A stretch of DNA of 62,006 bases from a virus (Duplodnaviria; Caudoviricetes), in the IMG/VR virus record IMGVR_UViG_3300033182_000774, positions 1-62,006 of that record. One strand, written 5' to 3'. A model generated the notes under the pieces. That model was given only the letters and a program-made list of their open reading frames with translations, was not told where the DNA came from and searched no databases. This document shows, one piece after another, positions 45,367-54,486 of this stretch. The first letter of the stretch is position 1. Each line of letters opens with the position of its first letter. The translations under genes and the position numbers were made by a program.

Positions 45367-46104
45367 TTAATTATTGACAACAAAACCAGACACATCCTGC
45401 TTTGCTTTACCTTTTGCTACTAGACCAACAATGGATGATCTAACATCAGTAAAACGTAAATCATGCTTGTCACCATTAATGACAGGCATGTCTTGCCAAG
45501 ATGGATTTAAATCAGAAGAGAAAACAACAGCGACATTTCCACCTAATGAAACTATTTTTTTAATGTCGTTAATGTCCGTAGTTTCATCTCTGGAAAATGT
45601 GAGATGGTAGTTTACTGGTAGTTCGTCATTGACAAACTTGAACATCCTACGTTTATTCTTTGTATAATCGTAGAAGGTAACATTGGGATTGTTAGTAATG
45701 ATGGATTCATTACTGTTTGGGAGTTTAATATTCTCCCATGGAATATCTGAGGAACCATTAAGCCTAACTGCTGGCTTTAAACCTTTCTTTTTGCACTTCT
45801 TTACAAATGCTTTTATCTCATCATCTAGTTGATTTAAAAATGCTTCACGTTGATTGACAAAGAATAAGGTTTTTTTAATCCTTGCGTCCTTAATACTTTG
45901 CTGATGCCAGACTCTGCCAGCAAACTCACCTAAACAGGCATTTCGACAACCATCAGAAGCATGTCCACAAAGATTTGCACCACCATGAGGAACAGAAATA
46001 TCGGAAGGAGATAAATAAATAATTGCAGTTAAATACTCACCTAAGGCATCAGATTTTGATGTCTTTGCATTGTTGTCTACACCAAGGATTTTTTGCTGTG
46101 CCAT
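45367..46104 (-). CDS. GP88-like protein (radical-SAM-related Cys cluster)
   Basis: NAKT.K, LC..AS.GC...CL, AVRLNG.SD, FYDYTK, YHLTFS, GD..DLRF.D, GL.AKG. Confidence 0.75.
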   Translation of the reverse strand: MAQQKILGVDNNAKTSKSDALGEYLTAIIYLSPSDISVPHGGANLCGHASDGCRNACLGEFAGRVWHQQSIKDARIKKTLFFVNQREAFLNQLDDEIKAFVKKCKKKGLKPAVRLNGSSDIPWENIKLPNSNESIITNNPNVTFYDYTKNKRRMFKFVNDELPVNYHLTFSRDETTDINDIKKIVSLGGNVAVVFSSDLNPSWQDMPVINGDKHDLRFTDVRSSIVGLVAKGKAKQDVSGFVVNN

Positions 46105-46244
46105 ATATTACCTTTAAATGGATGATCTAGGACTATGCTGGCTGAATTGCCAGAATTGCCTTAGAATCAGTCAAAAAATGAAAAATAAAAAACAAGATAG
46201 CGTTTTATTCTCCTAAAATCTAGGCATAATTTAATTAATTTCAT

Positions 46245-46811
46245 ATGTGGTTGAAATCTTTAGCGAAAAAACAGCTGATCTTGCCTAAAGAATGGGCAAA
46301 AAAGGTAGGAATATCTGAAACTACAGCGAAATCTTGGTTATTGGCTGGATCTGTCCCAAGGCCCAATCATTGGCCTAAGATTGCCAAGTATCTTGGAATG
46401 TCATTCAATGAAGTTTCATTTAACTTCATGAACCAATTGGAAGAAGAGAATAGAATCAAAGAATGTATTGTTTGTGATGAGATGATAATCTTATGGCAAC
46501 CACATATAAAACTCTGCAATTCTAAATCATGCAGAATGCAATATGATAGAGACAGGAAAAGACATGCTAGGATGATGAATAGACCATCGAACTATAAGCC
46601 AAACAAACGTAGGTTTTTGGGCAATGTAAGCAACCTAGATGTTAATAGTATGTCTTCGAAAGTAAATAGAGAAACGATTAACCATGCAACGGCAGAGTAT
46701 TTAGCTAATGGAGGAAAGATCACTAAATTAGATGATGGAATCGCTGATGGATCAGATCAGTTTAGTCTTGAAATGATGGATGCAGGAATAGAATTAATTG
46801 AGATGGATTGA
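46245..46811 (+). CDS. Transcriptional regulator: HTH, Zn finger and SutA-like motif
   Basis: WAKKVGISETTAKSW..P HTH; CIVC..LC...SC; TAEYLANGGKITKL. Confidence 0.65.
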   Translation: MWLKSLAKKQLILPKEWAKKVGISETTAKSWLLAGSVPRPNHWPKIAKYLGMSFNEVSFNFMNQLEEENRIKECIVCDEMIILWQPHIKLCNSKSCRMQYDRDRKRHARMMNRPSNYKPNKRRFLGNVSNLDVNSMSSKVNRETINHATAEYLANGGKITKLDDGIADGSDQFSLEMMDAGIELIEMD

Positions 46812-46814
46812 TTA

Positions 46815-47270
46815 ATGGCAGGACAAAAGAAAAACGACAATGGATTAACAGTAAAACAGAATGTATTTGCTTGTAGATATGCTGAAACAGGAAATGGGAA
46901 ACAATCTGCCATCGATGCTGGTTATTCATCAAATGGTGCTGATGTTACTGCTGTTAGATTATTAGCCAATAATAGTGTAAAGAGAGAAGTTGATAGACAA
47001 ATAAAATATTTGGCAGATGCATCCACATGGACAGCACAAAGAGTGCTTGCAGAATTAGGTGATCTTTATTTGCAAGCAAAAGCAGAGAATGCACATGGTC
47101 CAGCCAAAGACATTCTGAAGTTATTAGGACAGCATAATGGTATGTTTAAAGAGCAGAAATCAATTGAACATACGCATACCATGCAGTTTGAACGAATGCT
47201 GGAAGATAGCAGGAAAACTAAAGATATTACGCCAAGCATTCCTGCAATTGCAATGAATGAATCAACATAG
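46815..47270 (+). CDS. terS: Terminase small subunit
   Basis: LTVKQ..F...Y....NG.QSAI.AGYS...A...RLL; LKLLG.H.GMF. Confidence 0.88.
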   Translation: MAGQKKNDNGLTVKQNVFACRYAETGNGKQSAIDAGYSSNGADVTAVRLLANNSVKREVDRQIKYLADASTWTAQRVLAELGDLYLQAKAENAHGPAKDILKLLGQHNGMFKEQKSIEHTHTMQFERMLEDSRKTKDITPSIPAIAMNEST

Positions 47271-47312
47271 TTGTAACAATATCTGAAGATTGTGTAACAA
47301 ATGGAGGAAAGT

Positions 47313-47447
47313 ATGCTTCAAACTTATCATCATTTGTCATCGATTTTAAACGGCATAGACCCACCTGGCGAGCCCAAAACTAAACGCCAGCAGCGATTAA
47401 CCCCCCGGGGGGCGGACGGCCCCCCTACCCTATATTACATAAAGTAG
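47313..47447 (+). CDS. 44-aa ORF spanning the GC palindrome
   Basis: GGAGG RBS; coding status uncertain. Confidence 0.3.
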   Translation: MLQTYHHLSSILNGIDPPGEPKTKRQQRLTPRGADGPPTLYYIK

Positions 47448-47498
47448 TTAGAGGCATTTATGCCCAACCCCCTCTAGAAACAGCCCAAAAAACACAAT

Positions 47499-48023
47499 AT
47501 GCGAACCACAGTGGGGCTTTGCGCCCTATTGTTGTCCCTTGCTGGGATAACTACACCCTTCAGTCAGGCCAGCGCACCAGTAAACACCCTCCGCTTGGAG
47601 TATCGCCTGCCTCCCGCAGCCAGAATCCCCGATGAAGTGGAGTGTCTGGCCAAGAATATCTACTTTGAGGCTCGCTCAGAGCCGAATCGAGGAAAAATCG
47701 GTGTGGCATTGGTCACCCTAAACCGCGTAAAAAGCCCCAAATTCCCTTCCACAGTGTGCGCAGTGGTCTATCAACCCTCCAACATCCCCCGCAAACGTAA
47801 TTTATGTCAATTTTCATGGTTCTGTGACGGGAAAAGTGACGTAATTCGGAACAAAGCGCGTTATAATGAGTGCGTGAAAATAGCAAAACACATATTAAGC
47901 TATCGTCGCAAAGATATTACGAAGGGGGCCACCCATTATCATGCAGATTATGTTCGTCCATGGTGGGCAAAAAAGTTGGAGAAAACAGTGAAGATTGGGA
48001 ATCACATATTCTACAGAATGTAA
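47499..48023 (+). CDS. SleB-like cell wall hydrolase with signal peptide
   Basis: CLAKNIYFEARSE..V..V.LNRV..FP.TVC.VVYQ..CQFSW..ATHYHA..IGNHIFY. Confidence 0.92.
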   Translation: MRTTVGLCALLLSLAGITTPFSQASAPVNTLRLEYRLPPAARIPDEVECLAKNIYFEARSEPNRGKIGVALVTLNRVKSPKFPSTVCAVVYQPSNIPRKRNLCQFSWFCDGKSDVIRNKARYNECVKIAKHILSYRRKDITKGATHYHADYVRPWWAKKLEKTVKIGNHIFYRM

Positions 48024-48059
48024 TGATTAAAAAGTCACTAAAACAGAAGGAGCAATGGG

Positions 48060-48329
48060 ATGGCTACCACAGAGATGTTAAGGAGAAAGATGAAAAAGAA
48101 AGAATGGAACAAAATACAAGAAAGCATATCCAGCCAGGAGCCGATGACAGAGTCGCAGGGATTTGAAAATGTCCAAATAGAGATGACTGATGAAATGTTT
48201 ATGTCTTTGGCGTTAGAAGCACATAACAAAGACATGAAACTCAATGATTTTCTTGTATCTTTGCTAGAAGGGATTATCAAAGAGGAAGGATATAATCTTG
48301 AAGTCAAAAAGGTAGTGAATGATGGCTGA
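48060..48329 (+). CDS. Ribbon-helix-helix-like hypothetical protein
   Basis: IEMTDE.F..LALEAH.KDMKLN. Confidence 0.55.
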   Translation: MATTEMLRRKMKKKEWNKIQESISSQEPMTESQGFENVQIEMTDEMFMSLALEAHNKDMKLNDFLVSLLEGIIKEEGYNLEVKKVVNDG

Positions 48330-48690
48330 TTATAATCAAGACCAAACAAAAAGGACTGAAAAAATGGCCCGTGAAATTGCAATTGGACAACAAAGGCTTA
48401 ATGAACAAAATCCTCAGTACGATCCTGATTTAAGGTACGACGATGTTTTAAAATGGGCGGATAATGTCAACCACCCAGCGCACTATACGAAGGGGAGTAT
48501 TGAGTGCTTGGATGCAATCAAAGCATCGATGTCAAAAGAGCAGTACAGTGGTTATCTCAAGGGTGCAATTTTGAAATACATTTGGAGAATGGACTACAAG
48601 GGTAAGGCTGTAGAGGATTTAAAGAAGGCCGCTTTTTATTTAGAGCGATTAATTAAGGAAAGGGTGATGGAATGTTCGACGCAATCCTAA
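48322..48690 (+). CDS. DUF3310 family protein
   Basis: DNVNHPAHY..G.IEC.DAI..KY.WR..KG..EDL.KA.FYL. Confidence 0.9.
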   Translation: MADYNQDQTKRTEKMAREIAIGQQRLNEQNPQYDPDLRYDDVLKWADNVNHPAHYTKGSIECLDAIKASMSKEQYSGYLKGAILKYIWRMDYKGKAVEDLKKAAFYLERLIKERVMECSTQS

Positions 48691-48749
48691 TCGGCATAGC
48701 AATGTTTTTTACATGCCTGTACTACTTTCTAGTGCTTTGGCATTTATAG
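48672..48749 (+). CDS. 25-aa TM peptide (not in ORF track)
   Basis: MFDAILIGIAMFFTCLYYFLVLWHL. Confidence 0.4.
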   Translation: MFDAILIGIAMFFTCLYYFLVLWHL

Positions 48750-48884
48750 ATGTTTGATCTAAAAACGATACTATTACTGTCATTTTTTGCCTTGGGTTTA
48801 GTCACAATGCTTGCCCACCGGGAGATGACGAAGCCTAAGAAGCCACCGCGGGTGGAGTACAAGTTCATGAACCTCAATATTTAA
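48750..48884 (+). CDS. 44-aa TM peptide (not in ORF track)
   Basis: MFDLKTILLLSFFALGLV...; TAATG-coupled to TerL. Confidence 0.45.
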   Translation: MFDLKTILLLSFFALGLVTMLAHREMTKPKKPPRVEYKFMNLNI

Positions 48885-50665
48885 TGGCCCAGTACACTCA
48901 GGAAGACCTCAAGAGGCTGGTCCTGCGCCTTCAGGAAGATCCGCTTTTCTATTTTGAACACTGTCTGAAGATTCAGGAGTTTGGAAGCGGTGAGCTCGTC
49001 CCTTTTAAGTTGAATGAAGTGCAGATGATCCTGCACCACATGATGCAACGCCAGTTGGAGCGTGAGAACCATGTGCGGATGATCGTGCTGAAGGCTAGGC
49101 GTTTTGGTGTGTCCACTTATGTGCAGGGGCGGTTCTTCAGGCACTCCGCCATGAACAAGAACAAGGTAGTGCAGATCACTACCCACAGTAAGGCGGCCAC
49201 AGACGTGATGTTTGGGATGAGCCGCATATTTGAGCAGAATCTACCTAAAGAATTTAAGCCCCAGCTGAAGTACAGCGGGAAGCGTGAGTTGCATTGGGGG
49301 AGTGAGGAAGGCGGTCTGAACAGCCAGTTTAGTTTATCAACGGTTGGCGGACGTGAGGTTCGCGGTAGCAAGATCGACTATCTTCACTGCTCTGAGGTCG
49401 CATCCTGGGGCGAGGGGGGAGAGGATTACTTGCTTGGGTTGCTGAACTGTGTGGTTCAAGGGTTTTCCACGGAGGCGGTAATCGAAAGTACGGCGCAGGG
49501 TGTTGGAGGGGTTTTTCATGACATGTACTGGGATGCCCACAATGGCGACTCTGGGTGGGAGGCCGTGTTTTTTCCGTGGTATGTGTACAGTGAGTACACC
49601 AAGCCTTTTGAGTCGGAGGAAGAGAAGGAGGAGTTGGAGGCGAGCATAGGCAAGGACCCGCGCTACGGGGGTGAGGAGGAGGCGATGCTTCTTGGCACGG
49701 AAACATCCTATGACATTGGCCTAGATGAACCGCTTACCTTCAAGGTCACCTTAGAGAAGCTGAACTGGAGGCGGTTCTGCATCAGGACCCAGACCCAGAA
49801 TGACCTGAAGAAGTTTGATCAGGAGTTTCCGCATTCGCCACGGAGCGCGTTTGTCAGCACGGGGCGTGGAGTGTTTGATTCGCAGTGTCTGAACGAACAG
49901 GTGTTGGCTTCGCAGAAGCGGATGCGTGAGCGTCCTTCTGAGGGTTTCAGCATACCCGTAAGAACCTGGCGTAAAGGAAGCCAGGAAAAGTATTTTATTG
50001 AGTCCATGGATGACGGGGAGCTACAGGTGTGGGAGCGTCCAGTCGCAAACCGGGAGTACCGCATAGGCGTTGATGTGTCTGAAGGGCTGGAGATAGGCCG
50101 TGACACGGACTGGAGCGTTGCGGTGGTGCTGGATGCGTCGAACTATCAGGAAGTCGCAATGCTCAGGACCAAGATTGATCCTGACTTGTTTGCTTGGCAA
50201 TTAGTCTCATTAGGGAGGTGGTATGGAGGAGTCAGAAATCCCGCACAACTGTTTGTGGAACGGAACAATCACGGACTGGTCACCCTCAAATTTCTTAGCG
50301 AAGTCCACACCTATCCCAATATATACTCAGAGAAAATTCTCGATGAGCGAAGTAGTCGGAGCGCAAGGAAGATTGGTTTTCATACAACAGTCAAAAGCAA
50401 ACCTCTCATCATTGACTACCTACGGGAGCTTATACGGGAGAGGGATATCACTATACATTCCCCCAAACTGCTTGACGAACTCCAAACTTTTGTAAATTTC
50501 CCTAATGGTAAGATGGGGGCGCAATCAGGCTCCCATGATGACTGTGTAATGGCGTTGGCCATTGCGTGTTTCGGTTGCAAAATGTACCCTCCGTCCCCTC
50601 CCCAGGCCCCCCGGGGCTACAGGCGGAAGCCTGTTCTTCAACTCTATAATCCCAGCGCATTATGA
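48884..50665 (+). CDS. terL: Terminase large subunit
   Basis: LKARRFGVST Walker A, LHCSE Walker B, IESTA, IGVDVSEG, HDDCVMA. Confidence 0.95.
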   Translation: MAQYTQEDLKRLVLRLQEDPLFYFEHCLKIQEFGSGELVPFKLNEVQMILHHMMQRQLERENHVRMIVLKARRFGVSTYVQGRFFRHSAMNKNKVVQITTHSKAATDVMFGMSRIFEQNLPKEFKPQLKYSGKRELHWGSEEGGLNSQFSLSTVGGREVRGSKIDYLHCSEVASWGEGGEDYLLGLLNCVVQGFSTEAVIESTAQGVGGVFHDMYWDAHNGDSGWEAVFFPWYVYSEYTKPFESEEEKEELEASIGKDPRYGGEEEAMLLGTETSYDIGLDEPLTFKVTLEKLNWRRFCIRTQTQNDLKKFDQEFPHSPRSAFVSTGRGVFDSQCLNEQVLASQKRMRERPSEGFSIPVRTWRKGSQEKYFIESMDDGELQVWERPVANREYRIGVDVSEGLEIGRDTDWSVAVVLDASNYQEVAMLRTKIDPDLFAWQLVSLGRWYGGVRNPAQLFVERNNHGLVTLKFLSEVHTYPNIYSEKILDERSSRSARKIGFHTTVKSKPLIIDYLRELIRERDITIHSPKLLDELQTFVNFPNGKMGAQSGSHDDCVMALAIACFGCKMYPPSPPQAPRGYRRKPVLQLYNPSAL

Positions 50666-50874
50666 AGGATAACGTAATACACGCAGATTTTAGTTCTGAT
50701 CAGGAGGCGTTTGTTTCAGACATGGAGGACGCGGTCAACGGGATGGTTGATGTGATCTACGACTATTATGATGAGGAGATTGCCTGTGAACTGGCTAGGG
50801 GCATAGGCGAAGCGTTGACTCAGGTTGCAGAGAAGATCAACGATAATTTAGGTAAGAAGCAAGTTTCTGATTGA
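50662..50874 (+). CDS. Hypothetical protein
   Basis: ATGA-coupled to TerL. Confidence 0.6.
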   Translation: MKDNVIHADFSSDQEAFVSDMEDAVNGMVDVIYDYYDEEIACELARGIGEALTQVAEKINDNLGKKQVSD

Positions 50875-50925
50875 AAATGTAGCCAGGGACGTTTCTTTTG
50901 TCGCCTGTAACACCACAAACAGGCG

Positions 50926-53181
50926 ATGGCAGAAGAAATACAAGACGAACAGATTGCGGCAGTTGAGGTAAAGTCCTATTCAGCACCGTTAGATGACTTT
51001 GCCAATATAGTCAGGCAGAAGTTTGAAGAGAGCCGTGAATACAGGCGCGACCATGAAGTCCACTGGCAGGAGGCTTATGATGCCTACCGAGCCAAATACC
51101 CCTCCCGTATAAATAAGGCAAACGAGCTTGCCACGGAGCGTGGCATTTTTGTCAACCAGACAAGGCGTAAGATCAACAGTGCCAAGATCAAGATCGGCAC
51201 GTTGCTGTTTGAGGATGGAAAGATCCCGTTTTCGATCACGCCTTCCCGCAACCCCCGCTTTTATCCGCCAGATATTCAGGCTCCGCCTGATCGCCCGGAC
51301 ATTCTGGAAGACCAGATTCTCAAGCGTTCCAAGAAGATGGAGGAGAAGATTAGGGATATCCTTGACCGCACTGCATACAACGACGAGGTCCAATATGCGA
51401 TTCATGAAATGTGTCTCTATGGTACAGGATGTACTAAAGGGGTTTCTCTTGAATACAAAGACTATCCTGTCTACCGCTCAGTCCAAGATCCTGACACCAA
51501 CATGCTTGAAGTTGAGTCAATGCTGGAAAGTGAGTTGGTCCCTACTTGTAAGCACGTCAGTATTTGGAATATTTTTCCAAGTCCAGAGGCTTCTAGCGCG
51601 GAAGACGCAGACTACATCGTCCAGCGATCCTTCGTTTCCCCGATACAGCTTCGTAAGCTGGCCGAATCAAATGACGGGTTCATCATGGAAGCAGTGGATG
51701 AAGTCATTGAGGCAGGGATTGGCCAGAACCTGGGATACGACGAAAGCCAGCATCCACGCAAGTATGACGAATCTACGTCGAACCAACTCAAAAAAATAGA
51801 GGTACTGGAGTTCTGGGGCCGGTTGGATGCCAAGGATCTTTCTATGGTTCTGCCATTGGAAGAAGGCGATATGCACGGTGCCATACCGATTGTGATCACT
51901 GTGGTTGGAAACAAGGTGATCAAGATTATGGAGAACCCGTTTGACGGGCAAATGCCTTTTCACTTCTGTCACTGGCAGCGTAACCCTGAGTCAATCTGGG
52001 GAGATGGGATCTACTATGCGATCCGTGACGTGCAGGCGTTGATGAATTTCTGTATGGCCATGATGGTGGAGGGCAAGAGCCTTTCTGCCGCCCCGCTCAG
52101 TGTCATCGATCCCAACAGCTTTGAGGCTGGAACCGACATGGAGAGCATTTATCCGGGCAAGCAGTACCGCGTGAAACCGGGGGCTTCTGTCAGGGACGCA
52201 TTCATGGCAATCCAGATACCAGATGTCACCAATGGCTTGTTGCAGTTAGTGCAAACACTGGAAAGGGAAGCGGATCTGGATTCTGGCCAGACAGCCATAG
52301 GATATGGGGATATGTCGCCCAGCCAGACGAAGACTGCAACTGGGATGAGCATTCTAAACTCCAATGCCAATCGGCAAACAGCCGATGTGGTGCGTAGCGT
52401 GAGTGGCATGATCACACGCAATATAAACGCAATATATCGTTGGTTGATGGTTGACAATCCAGATCCTGCGATCAAGGGGGACTACGAGGCGATCTCAACG
52501 GGATACGAGCAATATGTTGCGCGCGAAGTTCACAACACGCAGTTGATTAATTTCCTGCAAGTTGTTGGTCAGCTTCCTCAGTTACAGCAGTACCTCAAGT
52601 ATGAGGCATTCAGTAGGCCATTGCTTAGGGCGTTTAACCTGGAGCCTGACAAGGTGCTGAAGACTGAGGAACAGGTAACCATGGAGATGCAACAGGCCAC
52701 ACAGGCCCAGCAACAGGCGGTTCAGCAACAAGCCCAGGCACAACAGCAGGCGATGCTGGCCCAAATGCAGGCACAGACGCAGGCATCGATTGCAATCGAG
52801 CAGAACAAGGCCACCTTGGATGAGAAGCAATCCATTGGGGAAGACCAGCGCAAACTAGAGATGCAGGAGCGCCTAGAGTTGCTAAAACAGGGAAATATAT
52901 TGCACCCAGTTAACTTGGAAAATACTTCTGTATTACTCCGGGAGCAAATGCAGGCGGAGCAGGCTCAGGCGATGCAACAACAGATGATGCTTGAGCAACA
53001 ACAGGCACAGGAAGTAATGGCCCAACAGCAACAGCAGATGGAGCCACCGCCACAACAGGGAGGAGGAGAGATGCCTGATTTAGAGCAGGCAGACAGAGAG
53101 GCACAGCAGCGTCTTGAGGGAGGACCGACTGCGAGAGAGATCCAGATGGAGCAATTAAGGGAGAATGCCCCAGCGGCCTGA
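50926..53181 (+). CDS. Portal protein with Gln-rich C-terminal extension
   Basis: LYGTG, NIFP.P, EFWG, WGDGI, KTATGMSIL; position after TerL. Confidence 0.88.
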   Translation: MAEEIQDEQIAAVEVKSYSAPLDDFANIVRQKFEESREYRRDHEVHWQEAYDAYRAKYPSRINKANELATERGIFVNQTRRKINSAKIKIGTLLFEDGKIPFSITPSRNPRFYPPDIQAPPDRPDILEDQILKRSKKMEEKIRDILDRTAYNDEVQYAIHEMCLYGTGCTKGVSLEYKDYPVYRSVQDPDTNMLEVESMLESELVPTCKHVSIWNIFPSPEASSAEDADYIVQRSFVSPIQLRKLAESNDGFIMEAVDEVIEAGIGQNLGYDESQHPRKYDESTSNQLKKIEVLEFWGRLDAKDLSMVLPLEEGDMHGAIPIVITVVGNKVIKIMENPFDGQMPFHFCHWQRNPESIWGDGIYYAIRDVQALMNFCMAMMVEGKSLSAAPLSVIDPNSFEAGTDMESIYPGKQYRVKPGASVRDAFMAIQIPDVTNGLLQLVQTLEREADLDSGQTAIGYGDMSPSQTKTATGMSILNSNANRQTADVVRSVSGMITRNINAIYRWLMVDNPDPAIKGDYEAISTGYEQYVAREVHNTQLINFLQVVGQLPQLQQYLKYEAFSRPLLRAFNLEPDKVLKTEEQVTMEMQQATQAQQQAVQQQAQAQQQAMLAQMQAQTQASIAIEQNKATLDEKQSIGEDQRKLEMQERLELLKQGNILHPVNLENTSVLLREQMQAEQAQAMQQQMMLEQQQAQEVMAQQQQQMEPPPQQGGGEMPDLEQADREAQQRLEGGPTAREIQMEQLRENAPAA

Positions 53182-53389
53182 AACGAAACAGGACCTCATA
53201 GCAATGCTTAATGGGAACCCTGGATGGGAGGCCCTGAAAGAAGTTTTTGAGGCAAAGATAGAAGAGCAGTTGGATCTGGTAACAACCACCCATCTGCACG
53301 ACCAGAAATCTGTGGGGAGGCACAATGCGTCTCTCGGAAAGATTGAAGCCTACAGAGAGATTCTGAGGTTTCCAAAGTCTTTTAACTAG
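53165..53389 (+). CDS. Small protein between portal and scaffold
   Basis: NPGW..LK...G.IEA...L.FP pattern. Confidence 0.65.
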   Translation: MPQRPETKQDLIAMLNGNPGWEALKEVFEAKIEEQLDLVTTTHLHDQKSVGRHNASLGKIEAYREILRFPKSFN

Positions 53390-53450
53390 GTCTTCACCCG
53401 CAAGGAAGGACCATCCACCAATCTAACCCGCAAGGGCACCTAGACTGGTG
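53389..53450 (+). ncRNA. Twin GCAA-tetraloop hairpins in the scaffold/capsid leader
   Basis: GGTCTTCACCC-GCAA-GGAAGGACC and CACCAATCTAACCC-GCAA-GGGCACCTAGACTGGTG. Confidence 0.55.
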
Positions 53451-53532
53451 ATTTTTCTTAATTCAGTTAAAGGGCAGAGCAATCGTTTTTTACCAGTTGA
53501 AGAAGCGGATGCTGTGACCTTGAAGGAGTTCA

Positions 53533-54465
53533 TTGGCAACAGAGAGTGTAGAAGCTCAACCCCAGGAAGACCCTGGTACTGTAGAGCTATCTGACGAAGA
53601 GCTTTGGGACCAGGCCCCAGAGGATGGAGAGGAAGAACCTCAAGATTCTGAAGAGCCTGTAGAAGAGGAAAAGGAAGAAGTCGCAGACGAAGATGTTGAG
53701 GAGGAGGCAGAGGACAAAGGAACCGATGAACCTCAACACGATTACGAAAAGCGATACCGCGATTTAGAGCGTGAATTTCATCGTAGGAATGAAGATTCTG
53801 CTCAAATGCGTCAGGAATTTCAGGACCTACGCCTGAGACTACTGGAGCAAGAGAAGGAACTGGAGAGAGCGAAGACAACTCCGAAGGAGTCTTCCAAGAC
53901 CCCAAATCCATTGGATGAGGAGGACTGGTTTTCTAAGGAAGACCGGCAAACCATGGAAGAGTTTGGTGAGTTAACTTCGACGTTCCGCAAAATTGTTCAG
54001 CATGAACTGGCAAAGAACGCACAGCCTCAAAATGAGACTGTAGCTCAGGCCCAGCGAAGGCTTGAACAGATTGAACAGGTAGTTCAACAGCAGAACCACT
54101 CTCAGTTTTTAAGGTCACATGAGGCCCACATGACATCGGAAGTGGGTGATGATTACAGGGATATAGACCGAGATCCCGGATTCCAGAGTTTTGTGCTGGC
54201 AAGCCCAGCCTTAACGAAGATGATGACAGAATCGGTTGATCCTGTAGACCACGCCAGCGTCATGAATCTGTGGTTGGACACAACCCAGGAAGGGAAAGCA
54301 TATAGACCAGATCCAGTACCTAAAGCATCGCCTCAGAAGAAAGAAGCTCGCAGAAGAGCCGCCTCATCTTTGGTAAAGAACTCCGCACCACAAATAACAA
54401 AGAACCCCGATGATATGAGTTTGGAAGAACTCTGGGATTCTATCCCTGAAGGGGATGAAAAATAA
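53533..54465 (+). CDS. Capsid scaffolding protein
   Basis: Acidic N-terminus, YEKRY.DL coiled coil, directly before the capsid gene; AAGGAG RBS with TTG start. Confidence 0.8.
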   Translation: MATESVEAQPQEDPGTVELSDEELWDQAPEDGEEEPQDSEEPVEEEKEEVADEDVEEEAEDKGTDEPQHDYEKRYRDLEREFHRRNEDSAQMRQEFQDLRLRLLEQEKELERAKTTPKESSKTPNPLDEEDWFSKEDRQTMEEFGELTSTFRKIVQHELAKNAQPQNETVAQAQRRLEQIEQVVQQQNHSQFLRSHEAHMTSEVGDDYRDIDRDPGFQSFVLASPALTKMMTESVDPVDHASVMNLWLDTTQEGKAYRPDPVPKASPQKKEARRRAASSLVKNSAPQITKNPDDMSLEELWDSIPEGDEK

Positions 54466-54486
54466 CCAGTTAGATAGGAGTTTAAC

